Origin: a virus
Strand: one strand, 5' to 3'
Virus record (IMG/VR): IMGVR_UViG_3300030419_007368
Location: 1-64,000 of that record
DNA length: 64,000 nt
The position numbers were made by a program, and so were the translations under genes. Below the pieces are notes generated by a model. The model made no database searches. It was not told the DNA's origin and saw nothing but the letters and a program-made list of their open reading frames with translations. Of the stretch, positions 44,638 through 55,700 are shown piece after piece (position 1 is the stretch's first letter; every line of letters starts with the position of its first letter).

Positions 44638-46497
44638 TTAGCTAGTTGCGCCAGCCTCACCAAGCAAGCCACGTACGATCACAAGACCATACATATCAGG
44701 ACGTACCATCTTCTTAGCGTAGCGGGTCATAACGCCCTTACGCGGCACGAAGTCTTCCGGTCCAAAAATGGTCGGAGTGACTTGTAGCGGCACGTACGGA
44801 GCATACACATATCCACTCTCTAAGAAGCTTCCGCCTCTGCGGCCAACAAGGATGACGTTTCTTGGGAAGTAGGGATCAACCCACACGTCCCATTTCTTGG
44901 ACATCGATCCAACGTTGACAGCACCAACGGTGCCCCGATCTGCATCGGCAGTGATATTAGCACGGAAGCCAGCAGTAAACTCAAGGATGTTAGCAACTTC
45001 AGGTGAGGTCACCAGGAAGTTAGCTCCACCGCGGAGAGTCTTTCTGTGGATCTGGGCCGACACATCGTTGATCGTCTCAACGAGAGTCTCATACCACTCG
45101 CTGACAGTACCAGTGAAGTCTGGAGCAGCCGAAGATGCACCAAGCTCAGCGCCAGTTACTCTGTTAACGAACAAGCCAGGCGCTCGCGACCAGTAGTACG
45201 TGCTAGCGGTTGCACCTTCAATAAGATCCAGAACAATCTCACGATCAATCTCCAGAGCAATATGCTCAGAGAGGATTTGAGTAAGTTCGACTTCTGCATC
45301 GAGATTGTGGTAGGCATTGAGATCTTGTCCCAACTCCGGAGTCCACTTAGCCTTGAGCTTCTTGGTAACTGCGGTTACTGCGATACTCTCGACTTGAATG
45401 TCGATCTCTGGAATCTGGTTCTTCGCGTCAGACGAAGCTCCACCAGTAGGTGAAGTAGCAGCGCTAACGCCAGCCTCTTCAAGAGCCCACTCGGAAGCAC
45501 CTCGGACAGAACCTAATGCATCACCAGTCTCGAACGTATCAGCCAGAGGGCCAACAAGCCGGATGTCCTGCGCGTCCATGTCGCCAGCCGTAATAGAGCC
45601 GGTGAAATAGAACGTCAAACCGATATCCCCAGTTGAGGTGTCCTTGTAGGAAATAGTGTTAGTATCCCCCTCTCGAATACCCAAATGAGTCAAGCGACGA
45701 AGCTGATGAATTGCACTAAAGTTGGTTCCTGCAACATCCTCAAGGTGGAATGCACCAAGAGCGTTGAAGTTAAACTTGTCAGCGTTAGCTTTGCTCAGCT
45801 TCACTACCAGAGCCTGAACTTCGTTCGTGTCCGAAGACGCAAGAACGTCAGGATCATAGTTGATAGCAGCCTTCTGGTTCTCAGTTAAGTTCTGGACTTG
45901 GACCTCAGAACCACCCGTCCAGGGGCTAAGAGAAGCACCAATGACGTTAAACTCGTCAGAGCCCAGGGTACCCCAGTTGGCAGTCGTATCTTTCACCAGG
46001 TGAACTGAACCGGTTGGTGAAGAGTAAGCGTTTGCTAACTCGTAGAATCCACCACCATCCTCAGTGATGTCAGTAACACCAGTTTGGATGCCAGATCCGG
46101 TAACTCCACCACCGTAAACCGAGGGGTTTCCACCCAGGCCAAAGCGATTAGTGGTTTGGTCACTCAACGTGAAATCCAAGAAGAAAATCAGCCCAGAGGG
46201 CAGACTCATCGGCTGGACCGACACAAGGTCGTTGGCCAGAAGACCACCGAAAACACGGCGGACGATTGGGAAAGCGACCGAAGCGAAACCTTCGACGTCC
46301 CCAGTAGACATTGCAGATGCCTCTTTAAGCAGCTGCGCAGCCTGGTTTTCTAAAAGACGGGACATGCCCTGTCTCTTTGCATCGCCTTCGATACCCTCAA
46401 GAAGTCCGGTACGCTCCCATTTTTCTACAACGGCAGCACCTTCTCTTCTAAGGTTACGTTCAGCAATGCCTTCAGTTAGTTTTTGTAAAACAGACAT
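44638..46497 (-). CDS. Major capsid protein (T4 gp23-like)
   Basis: KWERTGLL, LLENQ, FPIVRRVF, VQPMSLPSGLIF, KLKAKWTPELGQDL, EIDREI, YAPYVPL, GVMTRYA. Confidence 0.96.
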   Translation of the reverse strand: MSVLQKLTEGIAERNLRREGAAVVEKWERTGLLEGIEGDAKRQGMSRLLENQAAQLLKEASAMSTGDVEGFASVAFPIVRRVFGGLLANDLVSVQPMSLPSGLIFFLDFTLSDQTTNRFGLGGNPSVYGGGVTGSGIQTGVTDITEDGGGFYELANAYSSPTGSVHLVKDTTANWGTLGSDEFNVIGASLSPWTGGSEVQVQNLTENQKAAINYDPDVLASSDTNEVQALVVKLSKANADKFNFNALGAFHLEDVAGTNFSAIHQLRRLTHLGIREGDTNTISYKDTSTGDIGLTFYFTGSITAGDMDAQDIRLVGPLADTFETGDALGSVRGASEWALEEAGVSAATSPTGGASSDAKNQIPEIDIQVESIAVTAVTKKLKAKWTPELGQDLNAYHNLDAEVELTQILSEHIALEIDREIVLDLIEGATASTYYWSRAPGLFVNRVTGAELGASSAAPDFTGTVSEWYETLVETINDVSAQIHRKTLRGGANFLVTSPEVANILEFTAGFRANITADADRGTVGAVNVGSMSKKWDVWVDPYFPRNVILVGRRGGSFLESGYVYAPYVPLQVTPTIFGPEDFVPRKGVMTRYAKKMVRPDMYGLVIVRGLLGEAGATS

Positions 46498-46522
46498 TTT
46501 TGAATCTCCTTATATATTAAAA

Positions 46523-47767
46523 TTAGTTATTGTCTATTCCAGCAAGGAATTTCCAGCGATCAAACACTGGAGCGTCTTTTTGTCTTCCTTTTTTCTCTCT
46601 TCTACTGGCGGACAAAATGACCGAAGAAGACTTCTCAACTGCCTCGCTCAGTGATTTTGGCTGCTTTTTGCGAGAGGTGCTGCCCACTGTGCTTTGAAGT
46701 GTTTCGAAAATAATTTTTGCTTCTTCAATTGTGTCGGCATGTGAAACAGCTTCGACAAGCTTGTGCTTTTGTCGCTCATTCAAGGAGTCGCTATTCAATG
46801 CCTTGTTTTGGTATAACAACTTTGCATTAGTCAGGCTAGACGTTTCCAGCCGTTCCTTCAAAGTCAATACCGCGTTTCTTAGTTCTACAATATGCTTCCC
46901 AGCTTGTGCAAGAGAGCCTTGTAGTTTTTCGTTTTGCCTAAATACAGTCTCATTGACCTTATCTAGTTCTTTAATTGCTTTGTTCTTGGCGGCGCGGTCT
47001 TCACGCACCTTGGAGTCTTGCTCTAAAGCAAGAAGCTCTTCTTCTGCGACCTCTAATACCGAGGTCGGGGTCCAAGTATACCCATCTTTAACAGACTCAA
47101 GGGCGACGTCGACGTTCAAAGCCTCTGCGATTTCATTAACCAAATCTTCGTCTAAATCGCTCTCTTCTTCAAGGCCAGCTTCTTCTTCAAGAGATTCAAA
47201 GTCCGACTCTTCTAGGTCTAGAAGCTCATCGATGAAGGGGACTTCTTCATCTTCTGGATCTGGAAGGGGCATCTCTTCATCTTCTGGATCTGGAAGGGGC
47301 ATCTCTTCATCTTCTGGAGTCTCTGGCTCATCTCCTGGAAGGGGCATCTCTTCATCTCCTGGATCCATTGGAATTCCAATATCGATGTCCGGATCGTCCA
47401 TAGCTAAGCCAAACTCTTCATTGATTGTTTTAATCTCTTTAAGCAGTTGGTCGAGAGGTATTTCAATTTGCTCATCACTTTCTTCCATAACAGCCAAGGG
47501 GATATGTTCCAGCACTGACGATGCGTCAAGAGACTGCTCTTGTTCACCGCCCATAGCAGGGTCGCCGGCGGGTGCATCTCCACCTCCTCCTTCGTCTGGG
47601 CCCCCTAATCCAAGCCCAGCAAGAGGGTCATCTTGCTCAAGTAATGTTTGAACTGCGTCTTTTATTTGCGCAGAGTATTTTTCCAACACCAAAGATTCAG
47701 CATTCTTAACAGCCGCGGTGCGGAGTGCCTCCGCGTCTACGATTGCTTGTTCTAACATATCTGACAT
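46523..47767 (-). CDS. Prohead core / scaffold protein (gp22-like)
   Basis: Very acidic middle, coiled-coil C-terminus, NAKLLY, ends DRWKFLAGI; immediately upstream of the MCP. Confidence 0.8.
   Translation of the reverse strand: MSDMLEQAIVDAEALRTAAVKNAESLVLEKYSAQIKDAVQTLLEQDDPLAGLGLGGPDEGGGGDAPAGDPAMGGEQEQSLDASSVLEHIPLAVMEESDEQIEIPLDQLLKEIKTINEEFGLAMDDPDIDIGIPMDPGDEEMPLPGDEPETPEDEEMPLPDPEDEEMPLPDPEDEEVPFIDELLDLEESDFESLEEEAGLEEESDLDEDLVNEIAEALNVDVALESVKDGYTWTPTSVLEVAEEELLALEQDSKVREDRAAKNKAIKELDKVNETVFRQNEKLQGSLAQAGKHIVELRNAVLTLKERLETSSLTNAKLLYQNKALNSDSLNERQKHKLVEAVSHADTIEEAKIIFETLQSTVGSTSRKKQPKSLSEAVEKSSSVILSASRREKKGRQKDAPVFDRWKFLAGIDNN
47244..47366. repeat. In-frame 30-nt tandem repeat (EDEEMPLPDP units) in the scaffold gene
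   Basis: tcttcatcttctggatctggaaggggcatc, about 2.5 exact copies plus a degenerate one. Confidence 0.9.
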
Positions 47768-47797
47768 TTAAATGCTCCTAGGAATATTTGTCAAAAA

Positions 47798-47805
47798 TAA
47801 ATAGT
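47798..47805 (-). promoter_or_regulatory. Putative late-promoter motif (ACTATTTA)
   Basis: 31 nt upstream of the scaffold start; heads the scaffold-MCP unit. Confidence 0.65.
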
Positions 47806-47837
47806 ATCTCATACACATAAATGACCGATTTTTAAAA

Positions 47838-50800
47838 TTACGCATCATACGCTTCAATGGTTGGGTTGTTGCTCATAAAGCCTTGCACCATCCAGAAGCC
47901 GTTTACAGAGACAACATCTATATAATCACCCGGGTGGCCAGCTGACCAAGTGATCTTACCGTCTGAGCCTGCAGGACCGGTTAATTGATCGGTATCCATG
48001 GCTGCATCGGTGGTATCATTGTTCACGGATTTAATCCAGCCGATCATATTGTTGGACGTTGATTTTAGGACGTGCGCGCGGCCTCCAGCTGAGATGAATT
48101 TAAAATGTACGCCGTCAGTATCTGCTGGCAGCGTTATTGTTCGTGCTGTATTCGAGGGCAGGACGATAATCATACCACTCATCGCAGCAGTAAGTGTGCG
48201 ATCGGCTTGGACACCAAATACTGGCAGCTTGTGGCCCAGGCCAGCACAGAAGTGGTTGGTGAGAGGAGACTCGGGATTTGTTCTAGCAATCTCAGTCGCA
48301 GAACTACCGCTCATCGAGGTAATAATTAAATTACCGGTCTCGTTGTCGCTCGACACATCAACCGACTGTGCTTCGATCTTTACATATTCAGTGTCTGTCG
48401 GAGTGCCATTGTCCTCTCCGTAAAAAGACAAGGTTCCAAGATAGTCATCATCCGAACCGTCGGTGCCGGCTGAATTCTCAAATCTTAAAATTGGGCCGCG
48501 AGCGTCTGCATTAGAATTCTTAAGTCTTAACAGTGGGTTAGCTTCAGACGCGACAGTGGTTTCAATGAGCACTGTCTCGCCGGCAGTATCCGCCATGGCG
48601 TCATTTAAAACATAAAGTCCTCGGGCGCCGACTGCGGCCGTGTTGTCGTTGTGAATCTTGACCAAGTCTCTAGCAGAGACATTAGCAGAATCTGAGGCGA
48701 GGTTCAAAATACTGCCACCCTGCAGGGCATCTGCTGAGATGGTAATAGCGCTACCAGTCATAAGCGAATCAGCAGTAACACTTACGACGTGCTGAGTCTT
48801 GTTAAGCGCGGTGATGTCTAAAGCTAGTTGATTTGTAACATGGTTTTCAATTTTAACCGCGGTGTTGCCGAATTCAGCAGGACTTTCGACCTCGAACATT
48901 GCTTGTGGGTTAGCTGTACCGACAGCGACAGTTCCGGAAACGAAGAGGGCAGCATAATTACTGTCTCCACCTGTGACGTTGACGTCTAATCCAACATTAT
49001 TAATTTGACCCGTGGCGTTGGATGACACAATATCAATGTCAATACCGGCCATCATGACAGATGAAGCGCCGTTGTTCGTTGCCGTATCATTTAGATCTAA
49101 ATCAAGACCAGTAATTGCAACAGCTTGTGCTGCACCTACAGTGCCAGTCTTGTCAATGTCAATATGAGCAACAGTCGTTACTTGATTTGATGTAGCTGTG
49201 TTGTCAACGTCAATAAAAAGCGCCTTTCCAGTAGTTAAGGAGGTCGCAGAAACATCAATAACATTCGCAGTTGTATTTGATGCATCGATATCAAGCGCAA
49301 CTTCGTCTACATCGTTATTGTCGATAAGTAAAGCAGGGTACCCGTTTGTGGAAGGGTTTTGGATGCTCATGGATGACGTTAGTGCGCCATGTATTGGGCT
49401 GAATTTCATGACATCAGTGCCGCCGGCTTCCAACACTAGAACGTCGTCCGCGGAGGCTCTAATTGAAGTATCATCATCAGCGTCCAAGTCAATGCGACCA
49501 TCTCCGCCTATGCTAATTGATCCTTGACCATTTAAATCAATATCGTCAACATAAAGCGTACGCCATGCGGTGCTGGATGAGCCAAGATCATCTGCACTAT
49601 CCCCACCGGGCAAAACATTACTACCGGCCGGGTCGAGAATAATATCGCCGCCGGCGGCAAGAGTTGTGTTGCCTCCGTCAGCTACAGACAAAGAAGAATC
49701 ATCTGCTGCGTCGTCGCCTTGGTCGGCGCTCAAGTATAAAGCTGCCGCGGCGCCATCAGCAACAGTTGTTAGATATACGCTGCCAGTCAAGAATAGGCCA
49801 TTCGGAGCCAGCTTCATTAAATCAGTACCGCCAACCTCAAAATCAATTTCATCATCACTGGACGAACGGATAGAAGTATCGGCATCGACGTCGAGATCTA
49901 AGCGGCCTTGGCCGTTGAGGTCGACATCATCAACATATAGCTTACGCCAGGCGATGGTCGGAGAGCCGAGGTCGTCTGCACTGTCGCTTCCTGGTAGCAC
50001 ATTGCTACCGCCCGGATCAAGAATAATATCATCAGCCGCAGTAACCGTAAAATCGCCCGAAGGTACGTCGATCGTAAGAGAAGAGCCCATCGAAAATGTT
50101 GCTTTTGTGGTACCGCCATCTTTAAAAATAACGTCCGCTCCATTAGCGTCCAGCACCACGTCGGTTGACGACGAAAGAGCTAGAATACCAGTTGAACTAA
50201 CAGTAATTGGCGAGCCGGCAATTACTGCGCCAGTCGACCCATCATGAGTAATAGTGAAATCGTTACCTGCACCCATGTTGAAAACTGCAGAGTCGGACGT
50301 CAGGGAAAGGTCGTCTCCTACAGACAGATCAGTCGAAAACTCACCTGAACCTGTAACAACCAAACCAGTAGAGATGTCGACAGCAGACCCTCCAGAAATA
50401 GGACCAACAACTTGCAGGCCGCCGGCAACTGTAGCGTTTCCATTAGTGGTCAAGTTTCCGGTGATAGTAACATTGTTGGGCAATCCGACTGTAACTGTGT
50501 TGCCGGTTGCAGATGTGTCAATCTCATTCGCTGTCCCTGCAATTGTAAGTGTCTCGCTGTCTAAATCAATTGCAATTGTGCCGGAGTCTGTAGTGACATC
50601 TAAGTCTTCAGCAGATACTGCAGCGTTAATTCTATCATCAATGGCTGCAGAGGTCATTAAGCTTGTGTTGTTGTCTGCGAAAGACTCAGCAGATGTTTGT
50701 ATTGCTGTCACACCGACATTATCAATGGTAACAGTACTATTAAAAGTTGCGCTACCTGTTACTGCGAGGTTGTCGTTAATAGATGTCTCTGATGTTGTAT

Positions 50801-51899
50801 GTCCAATAGACACTGGAACGCTACTTATAGTGCCTACCTTGATGCCATTGCTGGTGCTCCCCGCAGATAATGTTATTCCGCCGGTGGAATTTGTCGCGGA
50901 TAATGTTATTCCGCCGACATCTGAAACGAGAGAGATTGAATCATCTCCAGTGCCTTGGTTAGAGTTCACGATGATAGTTTCATCACTGCCTCCGTTGGCT
51001 TCAATTCTTATTGCGTTATCGCCATTCTTTCCTGAATATAGCCCTATACCGCCTACATCACTGACTAAATTAATTGATGCGTCGGTTGAATTACCTGCTG
51101 TGTTCGTACCAGTGCCTTGATCAGAATGGATTGAGATAGTCTCGTTTGCCCCACCATCAGCCTCGATTTGAATACAACCTTCTAAGTTCGCTGTCGACCT
51201 AATTCCTACTCCGCCGGCGAGGGCTGTAAACTGGATAGCCGACCCAGTAGGGCCGACGGATACGCCAGAAGTATTGGTTACTGAGTAAAGCTCCAGAGAT
51301 GGGGTGCCATGCGGTGCTATAATTGTTTCAACGGCGCCATTCTTTCCTAATTTTAGCGTCTGGCCATCTGCCAGGGTGGCGCCAACTGTTATAGAAGCAA
51401 CAGTTGAGTCAATCGCCACTTCTTGATTCGCGTTTACATCAAGTGCACCGTCCAGGGTAAATGTTAGATCAGCTGCAGCGGCGTCATCGTCAACAGTCGT
51501 GAAGGTTGTGGCGCCGTGTGTGTCCGTTGTGATGCTAAAATAATCCCCAGTATCACTGTCGTCCATCATCTTGAAAACAACATTAGCAACATCAAAATCG
51601 AAGACAGTCGTCGTGCCATCGTCCATTGTAATATTATCGCCATCTGCAGAAAGAGCAATATCGCCGGCGCTGTCTATAGTCAGACCGTTTGGTGCTGTAA
51701 GTGTGTTCGCGGTAATGGTTACAGAATCGCCAGAAGCATCACCAAGCACCATAGTATTGGCTGACACTTTGAAGTCTTCTACGTTGACGTCCATAGTTCC
51801 GGTAACAAACAAGTTTCCGCGGAAATGAGTATCGTCAGCAAGAACTGTTACCCTAGAGCCAGTCGCTGCAGTTATATTGTTTACGTAAAGTGTTCCCAT
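47838..51899 (-). CDS. Long beta-repeat fibre-like structural protein
   Basis: 1353 aa, G/T/S/D/A rich, with duplicated DIILDP..SNVLP..DSADDLGS...AWR.LYVDD modules. Confidence 0.75.
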   Translation of the reverse strand: MGTLYVNNITAATGSRVTVLADDTHFRGNLFVTGTMDVNVEDFKVSANTMVLGDASGDSVTITANTLTAPNGLTIDSAGDIALSADGDNITMDDGTTTVFDFDVANVVFKMMDDSDTGDYFSITTDTHGATTFTTVDDDAAAADLTFTLDGALDVNANQEVAIDSTVASITVGATLADGQTLKLGKNGAVETIIAPHGTPSLELYSVTNTSGVSVGPTGSAIQFTALAGGVGIRSTANLEGCIQIEADGGANETISIHSDQGTGTNTAGNSTDASINLVSDVGGIGLYSGKNGDNAIRIEANGGSDETIIVNSNQGTGDDSISLVSDVGGITLSATNSTGGITLSAGSTSNGIKVGTISSVPVSIGHTTSETSINDNLAVTGSATFNSTVTIDNVGVTAIQTSAESFADNNTSLMTSAAIDDRINAAVSAEDLDVTTDSGTIAIDLDSETLTIAGTANEIDTSATGNTVTVGLPNNVTITGNLTTNGNATVAGGLQVVGPISGGSAVDISTGLVVTGSGEFSTDLSVGDDLSLTSDSAVFNMGAGNDFTITHDGSTGAVIAGSPITVSSTGILALSSSTDVVLDANGADVIFKDGGTTKATFSMGSSLTIDVPSGDFTVTAADDIILDPGGSNVLPGSDSADDLGSPTIAWRKLYVDDVDLNGQGRLDLDVDADTSIRSSSDDEIDFEVGGTDLMKLAPNGLFLTGSVYLTTVADGAAAALYLSADQGDDAADDSSLSVADGGNTTLAAGGDIILDPAGSNVLPGGDSADDLGSSSTAWRTLYVDDIDLNGQGSISIGGDGRIDLDADDDTSIRASADDVLVLEAGGTDVMKFSPIHGALTSSMSIQNPSTNGYPALLIDNNDVDEVALDIDASNTTANVIDVSATSLTTGKALFIDVDNTATSNQVTTVAHIDIDKTGTVGAAQAVAITGLDLDLNDTATNNGASSVMMAGIDIDIVSSNATGQINNVGLDVNVTGGDSNYAALFVSGTVAVGTANPQAMFEVESPAEFGNTAVKIENHVTNQLALDITALNKTQHVVSVTADSLMTGSAITISADALQGGSILNLASDSANVSARDLVKIHNDNTAAVGARGLYVLNDAMADTAGETVLIETTVASEANPLLRLKNSNADARGPILRFENSAGTDGSDDDYLGTLSFYGEDNGTPTDTEYVKIEAQSVDVSSDNETGNLIITSMSGSSATEIARTNPESPLTNHFCAGLGHKLPVFGVQADRTLTAAMSGMIIVLPSNTARTITLPADTDGVHFKFISAGGRAHVLKSTSNNMIGWIKSVNNDTTDAAMDTDQLTGPAGSDGKITWSAGHPGDYIDVVSVNGFWMVQGFMSNNPTIEAYDA

Positions 51900-51920
51900 T
51901 ATTGTGCTTCCTTAAGTCTA

Positions 51921-51928
51921 TAAATAAA
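51921..51928 (-). promoter_or_regulatory. Possible late-promoter variant (ATTATTTA)
   Basis: One mismatch from consensus, 22 nt upstream of 51899. Confidence 0.35.
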
Positions 51929-51965
51929 TATGTGTGAACATTAGAAATGACTTTTAATTTTTAAG

Positions 51966-52784
51966 TTAGAAATCTGAATCGAGATCCCTGATTTTTAATT
52001 TGCAATTTGCTCCCACTGTTAAACTAACTCCGGCTGCGACTGTTATTGGGCCCCATAAAACAAAATTATAATTTTCAGGCAGTACAGCGTTAGAACTTAT
52101 AGTCGAATGATTTCCGAAACCTGCTGCAGTGCCAAGGCCTGAAAGTGTAGTTAACGGAGACACAACATTTACCCTAGAACCAGACAAAGCCATGCCTTTA
52201 GATGAGCCGGACATGGTCATAAAATCACTTCCGTTCTCGTCGTATTCTATGTACGAGTCTTTCTGGGAACCGAAATAAAGTTTCTTGTCATCAGATATAT
52301 GAAAATTACCAGTCAACATTAAATTGTTGCCAGGAGAACCTCCATAATAATCAAAAGTAAAGTTGTCTGAACCGGAATGCATCGTTCCAGAGGCAAAAAG
52401 AACATGCTTATCGTTGCCAGAACCTAAATGAAAAGATCCGCTAGAAAGATCCCCCAGGACGATTGAAGCAATGGTATCCTCAAAGGGTAGCTTTATCCAC
52501 TGACTTCCGGAGTAAATAACCCAGTCATTGTTATTCCAGTCATTAATGCTATCAATAGTTGTATTCAAGGAAGGTGTGGACGATCGCCACACTTGCCAAT
52601 AATGACCGTCAGATGCTGTTAAATTTGTTGAAGAGTGATACCCGCCGTTAACCAACAGCGTGGAAAAACTACCGGATGCAGCGTGAGGAAGTTGAGAGCC
52701 TGTACCATCGTTTCCGATGGCGTCCCAGTTTCCTTGGTAGCGCGCTGCGCCGAGAAACGATATACTTCCTGTTGCTGCTGGCAT
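51966..52784 (-). CDS. Fibre-associated structural protein
   Basis: YQGNWDA...GHYWQV...DWVIYSGSQWIK module; C-terminal WGPITVAAGVSLTV. Confidence 0.65.
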   Translation of the reverse strand: MPAATGSISFLGAARYQGNWDAIGNDGTGSQLPHAASGSFSTLLVNGGYHSSTNLTASDGHYWQVWRSSTPSLNTTIDSINDWNNNDWVIYSGSQWIKLPFEDTIASIVLGDLSSGSFHLGSGNDKHVLFASGTMHSGSDNFTFDYYGGSPGNNLMLTGNFHISDDKKLYFGSQKDSYIEYDENGSDFMTMSGSSKGMALSGSRVNVVSPLTTLSGLGTAAGFGNHSTISSNAVLPENYNFVLWGPITVAAGVSLTVGANCKLKIRDLDSDF

Positions 52785-52796
52785 TCAATCGGTCTC

Positions 52797-55700
52797 CTAT
52801 GAATTTAAGTTATAGGCGGCGCTTAAGGGGACTATTTTTCCTGCTTCCGAACTACTACTTACATCTGAAAAGGAAAAGGCGAAAACACGACCTTGTTGAG
52901 CGCCAATTGAGAAACCCGAGGTTCCGCCGCCCATGTCAGTAAAACCACTTCCAGGCGCTAACGTTACAGCATTAGAGCTTACGTTAATATATCTAAATGT
53001 TATCAACGTGTCTGTGCTACAATTAGGAATAGCTGCTACGACTTGAGCGGCTGTAGCTGTTGTATCTGTCTGGCTTGAATTTCGATTCATAGCTGTAAAG
53101 AAGCCATCGATTAGCTGCGCGGCTGTAATGGTTTGGCCGGCCGTATTGTTGCTCATAGTGTTGTTAGCAGCGTGAATAGTCGATCCTTCAATCTGCAGCG
53201 CAGGTCCAGCGCCATCTTGTGTTAGGCGCAAACATGCAGCATGCGTAGCAGAAGCGTGATCCTGGTGTATATGAGCCAAACTGCGAACAGTGGTACTAGC
53301 ACAGTCAGAAACGATCTTTAATGCTGCTCCGGACGTAAGAGCGTCTGCTGTGATATCAATTACATTTGCAGTAGTTACAGCATCTGCTGTGATGTCAATG
53401 ACATCAGCATCGATATTTGCTGCCTCGACAACAAGAGCGATTTGATCAGTGTCGTCGTTATCAAGAACGAGAGCAGCGGCGCCTGTGGACGAGCCATTTG
53501 CGATCTCACATGGCGCGTTAATTGTAACAAGAGAACCGTCAGAAGAAACAGAATCTAGAGAGATATCTCCAACATTTGTAATGTTTCTGTCTCCAAGATC
53601 CAAAGTACCAGCAATTGTTGTTGTAGAACCAGTACCTGCTCCGATCGTTACATCAATCTCTCCATCCGTTGCATGCTCCCCCTCTAGAGTCAGGCCGGCG
53701 GTGAGGGCAGTAGTAGTGCTGTCGCTTTCAGCAACAAAGAACTCTAGTTTGCCAGCTTCATCACCTTCATCAGATTCACTGATTGACGCGACAATCTTAG
53801 CAAACGCTGTATTGTTGTTTCCTTCGTCTTCACCGTAGAACGTAATCTGACCCAGTACTTCTCCATCTTCTGTATCAGCGGCATCCTTTAAGAACTGCAA
53901 CTCCCCTGAAGAAGTCTTAGTCGTGTGAGTTGTCTTTATAGTTAATACCGGCTTGCCGTCAGCAGAGTCTGCAACTGTGACCGCAGGGCCGTCAATAGTC
54001 ACCGCGGTTGATGCATCAATATCGACAGTGGGCGCGGTGACGTTGATAATGGAGTCCGCATCAATTCCAAGCTCACCATCTGCTTGCTGTTGAATAAAGC
54101 AAGCGGAGTCACCAAACATAAGCTTAGTTGTTCCGATGCCGGATGCATCCGACAATAACAAGCCCGTATCGTGCACGTGGCTCAAAGTAACTTCACCATC
54201 AGCGCCGAAGAGCAACTTGGCCCCATCGGTGTTTTGCCAAATACTACCAGCAAAAGTTGCTAGTTTGTTGCTGTCCAGCTTAAGAACTTGAGACTGCGAA
54301 GCATCAGCATCTGTTGTGTAGAAAACTAATGATGCGCCGTTTTCTGTGCCTGACCAAGCAGCGTCGCAAAGAGACTCGATTCTAGCTCCAACAGTAATTG
54401 TGTCTGAGGCATCTTCTGCGCCGGCAAATTCGATCACACCAAGTCGGTGGCCATCGCCCATGGCGGCGCCATCATCTGTAAACAATCTAAACACTGCGCC
54501 GGTATCTGCGGCGCTGGCTTTGTCACTGAATATTCTTACATTCGAATCATCGCCAGCCTGCAAAGTTATTGGACCAGAAGCATGACTGTTAAAAATTGTC
54601 ATGCCTTGGTTAGCCGAAGCGGACCACTTATTGTATTCAAGCAAGTTCGCTCCGCTGGTGCCAAAGGCAAGATCGTCTGCAAAACTATCAAATGTTAGAT
54701 TATTAAGCGTTACATTGCCAGAAGTATCAATTTTCAACGCTGTTACATTACCGCCGCCGCCGCCGCTCCCCAGAGCGCCTGTGCCAACATTAATCTCAAA
54801 AGCGTCTGAAGCTCCATCATTAACGCCCATAGTGTACTTAACAGTACCACCAAGTGCAAACTGAATTGCAGCATCACCGTCTGTTGCACTGTTTGTGATC
54901 TGTAGGTTCGTTGCTGCTGTATCGCTATCTATCGTGACGTTGCCAGTAAAAGTTGCTAACTTATCAGCATCTAATGTTAATACCAGCGATTCAGTTGTTC
55001 CATTAGTAGTGTAAAACTCTAAGTCTGCATCGTTATTTGAGCCATCCCAAGCATCTCTACAAATTGCTTGAATGCGGGCTCCTACACTAATGGTGTTGCT
55101 GGTATCTTCTGCGCCAGCAAACTCAATCACACCTAATCTATGATTATCGGCCATGACTGCACCATCGTCGGAAACCAATCTTATTGAACCACCTTCAGTT
55201 GCAGAGCTTGTTGTGGTGTCAGTAATCGTAAGGCCAGTCGTGTTGAGGGTTGTTCCAGCAGTTACATCAATGTCTAAAATACCCGCGTCAATATCTACAA
55301 TGGAGCCGGCATTTGCGTCTGCATCAATGTGCACAGCAACACCTGCTGTGTGTGCAGAAACTAGCGAGATATGTCCGTCTGCCGAAGTTGTTGTAATCAC
55401 AATTTCATCAGCGGCGTCGACGGTGATCGCGTCAGCAGAGTCGATATCCACACTGCCTGCGCTAGCGTTTAAGTGAAGTGCGCTGGCTCCTGTACCCGCA
55501 GAGGCTAATCTTAATTCCTGCGTACTGCCGCCGGCCACTGCAATGTCTAGATCTTTACCAGAAGCAGTAACAGTGAGGTTCGAGTCATCGGTGCCGTCTA
55601 TAGAAACTGTAGTAGCATCAATCGCGATTCCAGTTGTGGCGTTTATATCAATATCTGCCGCAGAAGTAATATCAACTTGTCCAGAAGTAGTTGTCTTAAG

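Noticed and set aside
47244-47366. CRISPR-like array
   Set aside because: Repeats are contiguous, in frame and have no spacers.
46731-55476. Long Ser-rich plus-strand ORFs (e.g. 46731..47651, 49570..50247, 50254..51120)
   Set aside because: Antisense to scaffold and fibre genes; explained by codon bias; no recognisable motifs.
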